From Eledone cirrhosa (Eukaryota), in assembly GCA_964016885.1 (NCBI GenBank), contig OZ024757.1, forward strand, positions 22,010,001 through 22,074,000: 64,000 nt of DNA. The letters run 5' to 3'. Shown piece after piece: positions 29,077 to 42,470 of this stretch. Both the position numbers and the translations under genes were made by a program. The notes below the pieces were generated by a model, which had not been told where the DNA came from, ran no database searches, and saw nothing but the letters and a program-made list of their open reading frames with translations. Within the stretch, counting starts at the first letter, position 1; the number at the start of each line of letters is the position of its first letter.

Positions 29077-29317
29077 TAAGTAAGTTTTATACATAATATT
29101 ATATATAAGTATTTTTCTCATAGAAAGAATACTATTTATAAGTACTTTGAATTTTATTTGTATTTTGCTACCAATATAATGCCACTATGAAAAATAGATA
29201 TATAAACCCAGCAAATCATGTAAATTATGATTATTAGAGTTGTTTCAATGTTTGGTTTTAACACATGTTGTATTTTTTATAGGACAACATATATATATCA
29301 TCATCATTATCATATAT

Positions 29318-30021
29318 AAAGTGGTCATGTTCGTGACACAACAAAAAGCATCCAGTTCACCCTGTAAACTGGTCATGTTGGTGGCATGATAAAAAGCACG
29401 CAGTCCACCCTTTAAACTGGTCATGTTGGTGACATGATAAAAAGCACACAGTCCACCCTGTAAACTGGTCATGTTGGTGGCATGATAAAAAGCACACAGT
29501 CCACCCTGCAAACTGGTCATGTTGGTGACATGATAAAAAGCACAGTCCACCCTGTAAAGTGGTTGTATTGGTGACATGATAAAAAGCACACAGTCCACCC
29601 TGTAAAGTGGTCGTGTTGGTGACATAAAAAGCACACAGTCCACCCTGTAAAGTGGTCGTGTTGGTGACATAAAAAGCACACAGTCCACCCTGTAAAGTGG
29701 TCGTGTTGGTGGCATGACAAAAAGCACGCAGTCCACTCTGTCAGGTGGTTGTGTTGGTGGCATAACAAAAAGCACCCAGTCCACCCTGTAAAGTGTTTGT
29801 GCTGGTGACACAATGAAAAAGTACTTTGTCCAGCCTGTCAGTTGGTTGTTTTGGTGGCATGATAAAAAGCACCCAGTCCACTCTGTAAATCTGGTTGACA
29901 TTGGGAAACCAAGCCAGAAACAGTTCTGTATGAGCAAGACATGGTCATCTGATATGACAACAGGACAACTTGTCTAACCCATGCTTGCATGGAAAATGGA
30001 CATTAAACGATGATGATGATG
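29318..30021 (+). mobile_element. SINE A-related element with about 12 tandem 45-48 bp modules and an RTE-type tail
   Basis: Unit ctgtaaactggtcatgttggtgacatgataaaaagcacacagtccacc; ends acccatgcttgcatggaaaatggacattaaac(gat)n. Confidence 0.8.
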
Positions 30022-30330
30022 ACCAATATTGTTCCACATGATAAACACTCCTCCATTAGGAAACATTCCTTAACCAACAGTTACATCAATTTAAATCAGT
30101 TTTGTCAGGGTGATGGTGTTAAATATAATTAACTTTTAATACCAATACAGAAATATTGATTTCTAGATAAACCACCACAACAACAACAACAACAACGAGA
30201 TGAATAAATAAAACATTGATTCATACTCCAAAACACCTCCCTCATCACCATCACCACCACCATCACCACCACCATCACCACCACCAACAGCACTGACAAC
30301 ACAAACAAAACCATTGCTGCCACCATCACC

Positions 30331-30362
<32 letters not shown>

Positions 30363-30785
30363 CCACAGCACCAAAAAAAAAAACACCACCACCACCAACA
30401 TCACCATCAATAGCATTTCCAACACCACAAATACCCCCCACCAACACCACCACACCACCCAAAAGCAGCATCAATATCATCTCCATTAAAACCACCACCA
30501 TAAACAACAACACCACCCTCACCACCACCACAAACACTAATATCTCCACCTAACCCCACCAGCAACAACAGCATTATCAATACACCATCACCACCACCAC
30601 CAACACCAACAACACCATCACCACCACCACCAACACCATCACCATCAACAACACCATCAGCACCACCAACACCAACAGCACCATCACCACCTCCACCAAC
30701 ACCAACAACAACAACAACAAGACAATGATTTATCAAAACACCTTTCTGTAACAAATAACAAAAATAATAAATATGAGATATTTAC

Positions 30786-30851
30786 CTGAAGACACCACAA
30801 AATATTCAAAACAATATCTTCAAAATGGACTAAAAACAACATAATTCTTAC
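30786..30851 (-). CDS. Candidate 66-nt phase-0 exon (VRIMLFLVHFEDIVLNILWCLQ)
   Basis: Strong acceptor (T-run)acctttcag, donor CAG|gtaaat, length divisible by 3, only this frame open. Confidence 0.45.
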
Positions 30852-31176
30852 CTGAAAGGTAAAAAAAAAAAACAGAAATATAAGCAATCATTCATTTATT
30901 AAATTTTCACTATAACATTTCTTTTTAAGCTACAAACAATAAAACAAAGAATTTCAAACCTATCCAACCCATACAACAAGAAAATCAAATATTCTCAATA
31001 TTTTAATATTCACAACTACTTCAGGAATATTATGGAAAAAGGTAAAATAAAAATAAATTATATTAAAAATGTGATATTAATAAATAACTAAAAACATATG
31101 ACTTTAGCTTGAATAAATAGAATTATTTTATACTAACAAGAAAGTAAATTAAATAACAGATTTCACTATGGAAATT

Positions 31177-31243
<67 letters not shown>

Positions 31244-31364
31244 GGAGGTGAGTTTTATTGTAGCACAATAAAGCAATGCAAATATCGGATAAGTAGCACT
31301 CAGCAATTTATAAGACTGGAGTATAAATAATATAAAATCAAAAGATGGATAAAAGAGTTCCATG

Positions 31365-31435
31365 TATTTTATTATGCGCATTTCAAAAACAAATATCATC
31401 ATGGGATGATATTTGCGTTCTCATCAGATAAAATA
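31365..31435 (-). ncRNA. Minimal type I hammerhead ribozyme (family H4)
   Basis: tattttat-CTGATGA-gaacgcaaatatcatc ccat gatgatatttgttttt-GAAA-tgcgca-TA-ataaaata; 8-bp helix I, long helix II, palindromic helix III. Confidence 0.85.
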
Positions 31436-31551
31436 GGGAGACATGATATGAAGCTTAAAAATCACTTGCGAGCAGTGAAGTGTTAAATGTAAAACATTAC
31501 CCCAAAGAGTCCTGTCCAACCCATGCCACCATGAAAAAATTCTCATAAAAA

Positions 31552-31667
31552 TAATTGTTTCTACTTTATGCACAAGGCCAGCAATTACCCAGTGCATTAC
31601 TGGTACTTTATTTTATCAACCCCGTAAGGATGAAAGGCAAAGTTAACCTCGGCGGGATTTGAACTCA
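31552..31667 (-). mobile_element. SINE family B, 5'-truncated
   Basis: Consensus match. Confidence 0.85.
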
Positions 31668-31866
31668 TTTATCATAAAAATAATAATGATGAAATATATA
31701 TATATTACTAGCGGGATTTGAGGTTAGATTTGTCTTTCATCCTTATGGGGTCGATAAGGTAAAGTACCAGTAATGTACTTAAATAATATATTAATTGTTA
31801 AACCTTGGTGATCTACTTTTTGTGCTTATGCTTTTTTATTTTTATATATATATATATATATATATC

Positions 31867-32171
31867 AATCGAAAGGTTGTGAGTTCAATTCTCAGACCGG
31901 GTGATGTGTTGTTTCCTTGAGCAAGACACTTTATTTCACATTGCTCCAGTTTACTCAGCTGTAGAAATGAGATGATAGGGACTGGGGTCCCTATCATTCC
32001 ACTGTAAAGTGGTCGTGGAGGTGCCACGGCAAAAAAGCACCCAGCACTCACTGTAAATGAGGTCGGTGTTAGGAAGGGCATCCAGCTGTAGAAATCAAGC
32101 CAGAATCAGTTCCCGTCCCACCCTTGCAAGCAGGGAAAAGCGGACGTAAAATGAAATGATGATGATGATGA
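31867..32171 (+). mobile_element. SINE family A, 5'-truncated
   Basis: Consensus match from caatcgaaagg onward. Confidence 0.9.
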
Positions 32172-32189
32172 TATATATATGTGTGTGTG

Positions 32190-32651
32190 TGTAGCGAAAT
32201 CTGTCCACGCCTTGAACCCTGGGTGACAAAGAAAAGTCAAATTCTGGGTCCCCTCCTTTTCGGCGTAAATAAGTTCGTGGGCGACCCCTCGAGGTGGGTG
32301 GGAAACAGAAAACGACAGGTATAAATAGCCTGCATCAGACCAAGCAAAGGGAGATCAGAGCAGTACATGAGAGAATAGCTATGCAAAACATTCATCCCTA
32401 ACTACCGGCCCCTGGGGTCTACAGACTTCTACAAACCTTTACTCTCTCCTGGCCTACAGACTTCTCACCTCTGGCCACAGACTACACCGCATAAGGAAGC
32501 AACGTCAAAAACATCTTCAACTGTTATAACACTTAGTACCCTATTCTTTGTTCATTTATGAAGTGAAGTGAAGTAAATCTTTTATATCAAATGTAAACCA
32601 GCTATTCGTGTTATTTCTTCTAACGATAACTAAAAACCAAGCTTCGCTTCA
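32190..32651 (+). mobile_element. Probable solo LTR (~460 bp)
   Basis: TGTAGCGAA...TTCGCTTCA terminal inverted repeats (TG...CA, 8/9 match), TATAAATAG near 32320, inserted in a microsatellite. Confidence 0.65.
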
Positions 32652-32668
32652 TATATATATATATATAT

Positions 32669-32999
32669 GGAGGCACATGGCTTAGTGGTTAGAGCATTGG
32701 CCTTGCAATCGAAAGGTTGTGAGTTCAATTCTCAGACCGGGTGATGTGTTGTTTCCTTGAGCAAGACACTTTATTTCACATTGCTCCAGTTTACTCAGCT
32801 GTAGAAATGAGATGATAGGGACTGGGGTCCATATCATTCCACTGCAAAGTGGTCATGGAGGTGCCACGGCAAAAAAGCACCCAGCACTCACTGTAAATGA
32901 GGTTGGTGTTAGGAAGGGCATCCAGCTGTAGAAATCAAGCCAGAATCAATTCCCGTCCACCCTTGCAAGCAGGGATAAGCGGACGTAAAATGATGATGA

Positions 33000-33003
<4 letters not shown>
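32669..33003 (+). mobile_element. SINE family A, full length
   Basis: Consensus match. Confidence 0.92.
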
Positions 33004-33043
<40 letters not shown>

Positions 33044-33268
33044 ATACTTTGGGAGGGTCATGTTGCCAATAAGAAACACACGCACCAGTCGCTTCACTTC
33101 AATTTATTATAAATTAAATTATAAAAAAAAAAAATTGCTGACCTTGTGCCTAAAGTAGAAAGAATTATTTATTTGATTTACATATATTTCATTCTCCAAA
33201 GGATGTTATTTTCAGTATCTGTCTATAGAAATCATCAGTATCAATTATACCACTTATAAAAGGTATTA

Positions 33269-33534
33269 TTTACCGACCGTGTGTCTACGCCATCTTAGTT
33301 AAAGCAATGAAAATGTAAACAGGGTTTTTTTCGTTGAGGTTATGGAAGGTTAGAAATGCTGGAACGGTTCTCAGTAGTTAAAACATGAGTGCTGAAAACA
33401 CCTAACAGACTAACTACTGAGAACCGTACAGTTAAATAATTCCATCACTTCTAACCTTCCATAACCTTAACCAAAAAACCCTGTTTATTTCTTCAACGCT
33501 TTAACCAAGATGGCGTACACAAACTGTCGGTAAA
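33269..33534. mobile_element. Foldback MITE with ~110-bp imperfect inverted arms
   Basis: tttaccgac...acgccatctt...cggttctcagtagtta mirrored by taactactgagaaccg...aagatggcgt...gtcggtaaa. Confidence 0.75.
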
Positions 33535-35022
33535 CAAATGAGTGCTGTAAATTCTAACAAACTGATGTTAATGCACTATATGATTGTAGTTAGTACATAT
33601 ACAGTATTATTTATTCACTGAAGCTACAATCAAATTTAACCTCAGTAAACAGTATTATAATTGTTAATGTTATAAAACTCTATGGAAGCCCGTATTGGCT
33701 AACATTATCTAGGGGTTACAAGCGTTTATTTCAGGTTATTTATATGTAGGTATACACAGCCACAAATAACCCATATTTGTACATGTAGCACCATAAGCAC
33801 ATAAGCTTGTACAAACCCACATGTGAATATATTCTCATATTTATCCATCAATCTATTGTCATTTGTCTGATATAATCTTTAAAAAACATTAAAACAAAAC
33901 TATTTTTCTGTATAGGAACACAACGGGAGGAAACATAGAAAAATGATAATCACTGATGATGTTACAGATGTGTGACGAAAGAACTCTGAGATACTACATT
34001 TATATGTTTAACTGTTGGTCAATCAATGATAAACATTGATTGCCAGCTCAATTGTTTATTTTTCTGTACTTTTTAGAAATATGAGCAGTGTTTTTCTAGA
34101 TTAGTTGTGTTCTTTTTTTATATCCCTTCAAAATATGGGAGATCTTTATGCCCCACTCTCACCCCCTCCCCCCCCCCCCCCCTCTCTCTCTCTCTGTATA
34201 TATATATATATATATATGACTTTTTTAAAGATAAATTTTCCAATTCTGGTACATAGTGTACAAAATATTTTTACTTGTTCTTAAGAGTGACATTAGTAAA
34301 AAGAAAAATGTCTGTGAAGCACTAGTGTAGGGTATGATCTGAGGGTGATTTAACTGCTATTTCTAGCACATTGAGTGACAATGTAGAGGCCCCTACCCAG
34401 CACATCTGTAGCTCTTTCAATTCCATATTCAATGAACTCCGAAACTGTGAAGAGGAAATACGCGTTAAGGAGAGCTGTAGGGCTGAGTCTCTTTAAACTT
34501 GTTGCCACGCCTGTGTCTGCATGTGCATCTGTGTCTACATGTGCATCTGTGTCTGTGTCTACATGTGTATATGTGCCTACATGTGCATCTGTGCCTGCAT
34601 GTGTATCTGTGTCTACATGTGCATCGGTGTCTACATGTGCATCCGTGTATGCATGTGCATGTGTATCTACATGTACTTCTGTGCATGGGTATTTGTGCAT
34701 GCATGTGTGCATATGTATACATGCATGTATGTCTGTAACTTGTATTTCTGTGCATATATATTTGTGTATACATGCATGTACATATATACATGTGTGTGTG
34801 TGTGTGAGCATTTGTGTGTATGTGTGTATGTGTGTATGTGTAATTGTCTGTTTATATTTGTATGTTTCTGTGCACGTGTGTATGTGTGTGATTTCATGCC
34901 TACATACATGCATGTGAGTGCATGTATCGTTACGTACATGTGCATATATGATTGCATGTCAGCATGTGATTATATGCATCTGTATATGTGTATGTATAGC
35001 ATTTCATGTCTAAATATATGTA

Positions 35023-35056
<34 letters not shown>

Positions 35057-35484
35057 CATATATGCATGTGTGATTGAATGGCCAATCATGTGTATGTATA
35101 TATATGTGTGTGTGTGTGTGTACATGAGCATGTGTGATTGCATGTCTACGTATGTATATGTGCATGTGTATGTTTGTATGGAAGACCAACAGTCTCCCCC
35201 ACACACCAGCCTCTCCTTTCCATGGCACTGATGGAGTCAATGGCCGACACAGCTTGGCATCAGTGACGTAACTCATTTCTGGAGCAACGTGAAATGAAGT
35301 GTCTTGTTTAAGGAAACAACGTGACACCACCATCACAACCACCATCACCATCATCTCCTTAACCACCAGGAGGGTCTAGAAATGTCCAATGAAGTTAAGA
35401 TTTACCACAAGATGCTATATCCTGTTTATTAATATTTCTTTATTTTTACTTGTTAGTTTTTTATATTTTTAAGTGGTGGGGATC

Positions 35485-35870
35485 GAGAGTAGAGAGAAGA
35501 GTAGGGACAGTAGAGAGGGGGGGGACAGTAGAGAGAAGATAGGGACAGTAGAGAGAGGGGCGACAGTAGAAAGAAGATAGGACAGTAGAGAGAAGGGGAG
35601 GGACAGTAGAGAGAAGATAGGGACAGTAAAGAGAAGGGGAAGGACAATAAAGAGAAGGGAAAGGACAATAAAGAGAAGGGGAGTGACAGTAGAGAGAGGG
35701 GGAGTGACAGAAGAGAGAGGGGGAGGGACAGTAGAGGGGAGGGGGAGGGACAGTAAAGATAGGGGGGGTAAGTAGAGAGAGGGGGAGTGACAGAAGAGAG
35801 AGGGGGAGGGACAGTAAAGAGAGGGGGAGGGTAAGGTAGAGAGAGGGGTCGGGACAGTAAAGAGAAGGGC
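35485..35870. repeat. Purine-rich ~20-bp minisatellite (ggacagtagagagaggg...)
   Basis: Direct reading. Confidence 0.85.
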
Positions 35871-36059
35871 TGGGAGTGGGGCAATAGAAAAGACCTATGT
35901 TATAATACAGACTGCAGCCGGATGTCTGTCGGAAATTGTAAAATTATTGTGAAATGGCAGTAACTGTCACAGAGAGGAAGCCCAGTTGTTATGGCAGGGA
36001 TAATTGTACTTGCACTGACCCCCCACACCACACCCTTCTCACACACTTTCCTCCAGTGA

Positions 36060-36335
36060 TTGATGTGTTGTTTCCTTGAGCAAGACACTTTATTTCACAT
36101 TGCTCCAGTTTACTCAGCTGTAGAAATGAGATGATAGGGACTGGGGAGCCTATCATTCCACTGCAAAGTGGTCGTGGAGGCGCCACGGCAAAAAAAGCAC
36201 CCAGCACTCACTGTAAATGAGGTTGGTGTTAGGAAGGGCATCCAGCTGTAGAAATCAGGCCAGAATCAGTTCCCGTCCCACCCTTGCAAGCAGGGAAAAG
36301 CGGACGTAAAATGATGATGATGATGATGATGATGA
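36060..36335 (+). mobile_element. SINE family A, 5'-truncated
   Basis: Consensus match. Confidence 0.9.
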
Positions 36336-36699
36336 TATCTTTTTTATCGGTTGACTTTTGTCAAATCGGACCGAGGAAACAATGTTTCCGTTGGTCTTTC
36401 TAATTGCTAATACTATCTATCAGTCACAACTCCAGGTAGAAGGAGCAACGTGAAATAAAGTGTCTTGCTCAAGGACATAATGCATCGCCTCACGATTGCG
36501 AATCCAGTTCTCTAACCACTCAGCCAATTATTCTATATTCCTCCATATAGACATCTCATATATACACACATATATATATATGTGTGTGCATGTGTGTATA
36601 TATATTTAGAGATAGATACATACATAGATGCATATACATATATAGCTATACATATATATAATGAGAAGATGACAACTGCCATCAGGCAAGTCACTCAGG

Positions 36700-37260
36700 G
36701 ATGAACTGAATATACTGCGGACACACTCGAGACCCTCATTGAGGAGATTGCTCCACAGACACCGACCCACATACAATGACATGCACACACTTCCTGTCTC
36801 ATCAACAACACAGAAGTGTGAATGGTCTATGAAGCCACTTGCAAGAATTGTAGCCTCTTGTACATCAAAAGTACCATCCCGATGCTGCATATACAGATCA
36901 AGGAGCACATGATGATGAGAGCTTCTGTTAAAAAACATCTTGAGAGATACCACAGCCAAGACATTGAGGTCACCATAGAGGTGATAGACTGGAATATGGT
37001 CAATGTAAGAATCAAAGAAGCAATCATCATCATCATCAACTAGAAAAACCCACAGATAATAGATTATGAATGCACAAAGCTGACTGGTTACTCTAAAGAC
37101 TTCACACTTGTGTATTACAGACATGAAGACCAGATAAAGAAGAAGACATCAATTATTCATTTTGTTTTGAACTGTTTCAGCTCCACATTTGACAAGGGGG
37201 TTATAGCCCAGAAATATCATGTTGAAATATACTGGGTAAAACATTACTTTGTTTTGTTAT
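36700..37260 (+). mobile_element. Decayed Penelope-like element 3' part with GIY-YIG endonuclease remnant
   Basis: MVYEATCKNCSLLYIKST..LHIQIKEH...VRIKEAIII matches the VY.I.C..C...YIG.T...L..R.KEH...EA motif of Penelope endonucleases. Confidence 0.75.
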
Positions 37261-37396
37261 ATTTGTCATCATTTACCCTTTATATATTTCTGCCACATTG
37301 TACTGGCTTTTAGAAATTTATTGGTCTTTTATTACATATCTCACAATACTTTATATTAACTATACTACTTTATATACAGATATTTATATATATATA

Positions 37397-37768
37397 TAGT
37401 TATGTAATAAACAACATAAGGCAATTATTTCATTTACCAGTGGTTTCTTGAAAGCAAACAAATTTTGCTTTCAATCATCAGAATGAAAAAATCCTGGTGT
37501 ATTTATTGACATTGGATTTTAAAAAACAAAAATATAATCTATATGAAAGTGAGGCTTTCATATAGATTATATTTTTGTTTTTAAAATCCAATATCAATAA
37601 ATACACCAGGATTTTTTCATTCTGATGATTGAAAGCAAAATTTGTTTGCTTTCAAGAAACCACTAGTAAATGAAATAATTGCCTTATGTTGTTTATTACA
37701 TAACTATTAAGCTCTGTAACCTACATAGAGCACTCTTTTTTCCTGGATCTTTCCGACGGAATTACTTC

Positions 37769-37770
<2 letters not shown>
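37397..37770. mobile_element. Palindromic Penelope-like terminus with two H3 hammerheads (37428-37488 minus, 37615-37675 plus)
   Basis: About 152-bp arms (37397-37549 and 37555-37706) around the 5-nt loop tgagg, plus a unique 3' extension to 37770. Confidence 0.85.
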
Positions 37771-37823
<53 letters not shown>

Positions 37824-37879
37824 CTTCTTTTCCAATTCCATCCCGTCCGTCCCCTTAATCTATTTTATTTCTCATTCTT

Positions 37880-37915
37880 TCTTCTGATGAAGGACTAGCG
37901 TCTGAAACGTTAAGA
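37880..37915 (+). ncRNA. Very minimal hammerhead-like motif (family H5)
   Basis: tctt-CTGATGA-aggactagcgtct-GAAACGTT-aaga; helix III reduced to the palindrome AACGTT. Confidence 0.5.
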
Positions 37916-38627
37916 CCCTCTTCCTGCTATATCAAGCGTTAACCTAATATATACCTTCCATATACTGTACCGATTGTGTTGTTATTTCTGTTTACCTTTT
38001 ACATACATATATATATATTCACATATATATATATATAAATATATACATATATACATATACATACATATATATATATATCTTTATAAAGTACCAATATTTG
38101 ATGGTGGTGTAAGGGATATTTCACATAGAAATATCACAGTTCCTGGTCAAAGATATCTTTATAAAACACGAATAATTGATGGTGGGGTAGGGGATATTTC
38201 ATAAGGAAATATAACAGAGGGGTGGTGGGGGATTATGACATGAGAGGAAAAGTGAAATGTGGTTAACTGTGTATACATGTGTATGTGTAGGTTCAGATGT
38301 GTGCAAGCATGTGTATTACTGCGTGCCATTGTGTGCAATGGATGTGTGTGCATTAGCAGGCTTTATGAGAATGTGTACGTGTGTATGTTTGTGTGTGTGC
38401 ATGTCTTCCGATGCATATGTGTGTGTGTGTGTGTGCGTATATGTATGTGTGAATATGCTTATGCAAGAGTGTGTGTGTGTGTGTGTGCATGTTTTCCTGT
38501 GCATATATGCATACGTCTTCTTGTGAGTATGGGTATGTTTGTCTCTGAGTGTACATATGTGAGTGTATCTCTATATGGCCACACATGAGTGTGGTTGTGT
38601 GCCAGTGTGTTTCTGCGTGAGTAGCAG

Positions 38628-38658
<31 letters not shown>

Positions 38659-38892
38659 AGTTAGAGGAGGATGATTGGTTATTAAATAAGCAGGCCTGAT
38701 TGATATTATTCAATGACTTCAAATCATAATCAGCAGATGTCAACCAGCTGTTTATTCCATTAACTGGCAGATTGTTGAAAATGAAATAATTCCACAAGAT
38801 ATTTCTACTTTCACTTTCATTTTTCCTTTCTTTACTCATTTAAAAGACAGAAAAAAAAACTATGTTTGTTTTTTTCTTTTATTGTTTGTTAC

Positions 38893-39020
38893 CCCTGTTG
38901 CTGCCAATTTCCAGGAATTTGCAGGATTTATCCTTCATGTTAATCTTCAAACAGACAACGAGATCGTTATGATGGTCTGTAATTATGTGCAATCGTAAAT
39001 ATTGACCGCTATGTAATGAG
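38893..39020 (-). CDS. Candidate exon (SLHSGQYLRLHIITDHHNDLVVCLKINMKDKSCKFLEIGSNR)
   Basis: Acceptor ctgttttcag, donor GG|gtaaca, a single open frame in unique sequence. Confidence 0.25.
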
Positions 39021-39241
39021 CTGAAAACAGCTGCTGGCTCTTTTAATGAATGGATGACGGCCATGAAAAGTTGGAGTTGTTTAGGTTTTTTTTGTGTGTG
39101 TTGGGGTAGGGTGGTGGCAAAAGATAATCTTTATTATAGGAGTTTGACTCATTCTTGGATTATCAACATTAATTAGAGATCCTTATCTCCACCCTCCTCT
39201 TACTCGTCCTCATTATCATTATCATCATCATCATCATCATC

Positions 39242-39432
39242 AGGGCAGTGGATTGGCAGTATCGGTAGAGGGTCGGACACCATGCTTTGACGCACACAGT
39301 TACGGCCCTTGCCATTCTGAGTTCAAATCCCGCCGAGGTTAACTTTGTCTTTCATCCTTACGGCGGGTCGATAAAATAAAGTACCAGTAATGTACTGGGG
39401 TAATTGCTGGCCTTGTGCCAAAAGTAGAAACA
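39242..39432 (+). mobile_element. SINE family B, full length
   Basis: Head ggcagtggattggcagtatcggtagag, B box gagttcaaatccc, tail gtagaaacaat. Confidence 0.9.
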
Positions 39433-39712
39433 ATCATCATCATCATTATCATTATCACCATTATCAACATTATCATCATTATCATAATTATCATCCCCAT
39501 CACCATCATCATCATCGTCTTCCTCCCCTTCATCATCATCATTTCCCTCCCTTCCATCTCCCCACCATCCACACCACCACCACCATCATCCATCATCATC
39601 CATCATCATCATCTGTCATCATCCATCATCATCCATTATCACCACCACCATCATTATCATCATCATCACAATCAGCATCTTTCATTTAATATCTTCCTTA
39701 TCATTATCCCCA

Positions 39713-39743
<31 letters not shown>

Positions 39744-41950
39744 CAATCCACATCATCATAGTAATACTCATTAGCATAACCACCACCACCACCACCACCC
39801 TCATAATCAATGTCACCACCAGCCCTACCATCAACACCATCACCATCACCACCATCAACATCATCATCTCCAACACAAGAATCACCACTAATAATACCAC
39901 CACCACCACCTTCAACACCTCCACCACCACACCAACTTCAACACCAACACCTCCACCACAACAACAACACCTTCAACCACCACCACCACCACCTTCAACA
40001 CCTCCACCACCACACCAACTTCAACACCAACACTACCACCACAACACCACCACTACCACCATCACGCAATCATCACCACCACCACTACCATCACACCCAT
40101 CTTCAACACCACCATCACCACCACAACACCTTCAACCACCAGCACCACCACCTTCAACACCTCCACCACCAACTTCAACACCAACACTACCACCACAACA
40201 ACAACACCTTCAACCACTTCCACCACCACCAACTTCAACACCAACACTACCACCACAACAACAACACCTTCAACCACCACCACCAACTTCAACACCAACA
40301 CTACCACCACAACAACACCTTCAGCCACCACCACCAACTTCAACACTACCACCACAACAACACCACCACTACCACCATCACACAATCATCACCACCACCA
40401 CCACTAACATCACACCCATCTTCAACCACCACAACAACACCTTCAACCACCACTACCACCTTCAACACAACCACTACCACCACCACTACAACCACTACCA
40501 CCACAACTACAACACCTTCAACCACCTCCACCAACTTCAACACCAACACTACCACCACAACAACAACACCACCTTCAACCACCTTAACCACCACCAACTT
40601 CAACACCAACACTACCACCACAACAACAACACCACCTTCAACCACCTCCACCACTACCACCGACTTCAACACCAGCACCACAACAACAACACCTTCAACC
40701 ACCTCCACCACCACCAACTTCAACACCAACATTACCACCACAACACCACCACTACCACCATCACACAATCATCACCACCACCACTAACTACCATCACACC
40801 CATCTTCAACCACCACAACAACACCTTCAACCACCACTACCACCTTCAACACAACCACTACCACCTTCAACACAACCACTACCACCACAACAACACCACC
40901 ACTACCACCTTCAACACAACCACTACCACCACCACCACTACAACCACTACAACTACAACACCTTCAACCACCACCCTCATATTTCCTCTTTACAACTATT
41001 CTAACGAAAGGGTGGGAGGGGTGGGGTGTTCTGATTGTTATCTTTTTTTTGTATTTAATTTATTTAGATATTTTCTTTATTGTTGTTGTTGTTGTTGTTG
41101 CTGCTGCTGCTGTTGTTGTTTACACAATTAAAAACTGCAAAGTTAAAAGAGAAGGCTTGAGGTGTTAAAGTAGCTAATTAGTTATACACTAATTAATTAT
41201 TCCCTCTATCTTTTCCTGCTTGGTCAATTAGGGATCAATTTGGAATAACTTTTATCACTTTTCCGTGGGTAACCATCCCACTTTATTTTTATTTTGGTTT
41301 TATGGTAGTGGTGGTGGTTATAGTGGTGGTGATGGTGGTGGTGGTTATGGTGGTGGTGGTGGTGGTGGTGGTGGTGGTTATAGTGGTGGTGGTTATAGTG
41401 GTGGTGATGGTGGTGGTGGTGGTGGTGGTGGTGATGGTGGTGGTTATTGTTGTAGTAGTGATGGTGGTGGTGGTGGTTATAGTGGTGGTGGTTATAGTGG
41501 TGGTGATGGTGGTGGTGGTGGTGGTGGTGGTGGTTATAGTGGTGGTGGTTATAGTGGTGGTGATGGTGGTGGTGGTGGTGGTGGTGGTGGTGGTGATGGT
41601 GGTGGTTATTGTTGTAGTAGTGATGGTGGTGGTGGTGGTTATAGTGGTGGTGGTTATAGTGGTGGTGGTGGTTATAGTGGTGGTGGTGGTGGCGGTTATA
41701 GTGGTGGTGGTTATAGTGGTGGTGGTTATAGTGGTGGTGGTGGTGGTGGTGGTGTTGGTGGTTATAGTGGTGGTGGTGATGGTGGTGGCAGTAGTAGTGG
41801 TGGTGGTGGTTATGCTGATGGTAGTGATGGATAGTTCTGATGTTGGTGGTGGTCATGGTGGTGGTGGCAGTAGTGGTGGTGGTGGTTATGGTGATGGTAG
41901 TGATGGATAGTTCTGATGTTGGTGGTCATGGTGATGGTGGTAGTGATGTA
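39433..41950. repeat. (CAT)n, (CAC/CAA)n and (GGT)n trinucleotide arrays with a short unique spacer
   Basis: Direct reading. Confidence 0.9.
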
Positions 41951-42053
41951 CTTGATGCTAAGAAAAAAATAAGCTATAGCTTATATACATTTGCATATAA
42001 ATCATCATCTAGAGAAGTTCATTTGCATAAAGAGCATGCTTGAATTGGCTGGT

Positions 42054-42085
<32 letters not shown>

Positions 42086-42428
42086 TTAACGTCTATCTTC
42101 CACGCTAGCATGGGTTAGACAGGAGTTGTCCCAATTTGAGGCAAGGTTGGTCGGGTGACCGTGTCTTGCTCATACAGGACTGTTGGCAGGTTTTCTACGG
42201 CTGGATGCCCTTCCTAACACCAACCACATTTACAGTGTGGAACTGGGAACTTTTTACCGTGTTACCTACATGGCCACATTACACCGTGGACTGTGTGTTT
42301 TTTATTGTTGTGACACCTACACGATCTCATTATCTCATTTATTTGGGCTGGATGTTGTGGTACCAACTTTACATAGAAAGGGTGGTGTTGGTGGGGGTGG
42401 GAGGATGGAGTAGGGGTAGTGGATTGGG

Positions 42429-42470
<42 letters not shown>

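Noticed and set aside
41265-41834. Gly/Tyr-rich structural protein ORF (GGGYS repeats)
   Set aside because: A (GGT)n microsatellite with ATA interruptions; other frames are equally open and there is no clear signal peptide or splice support
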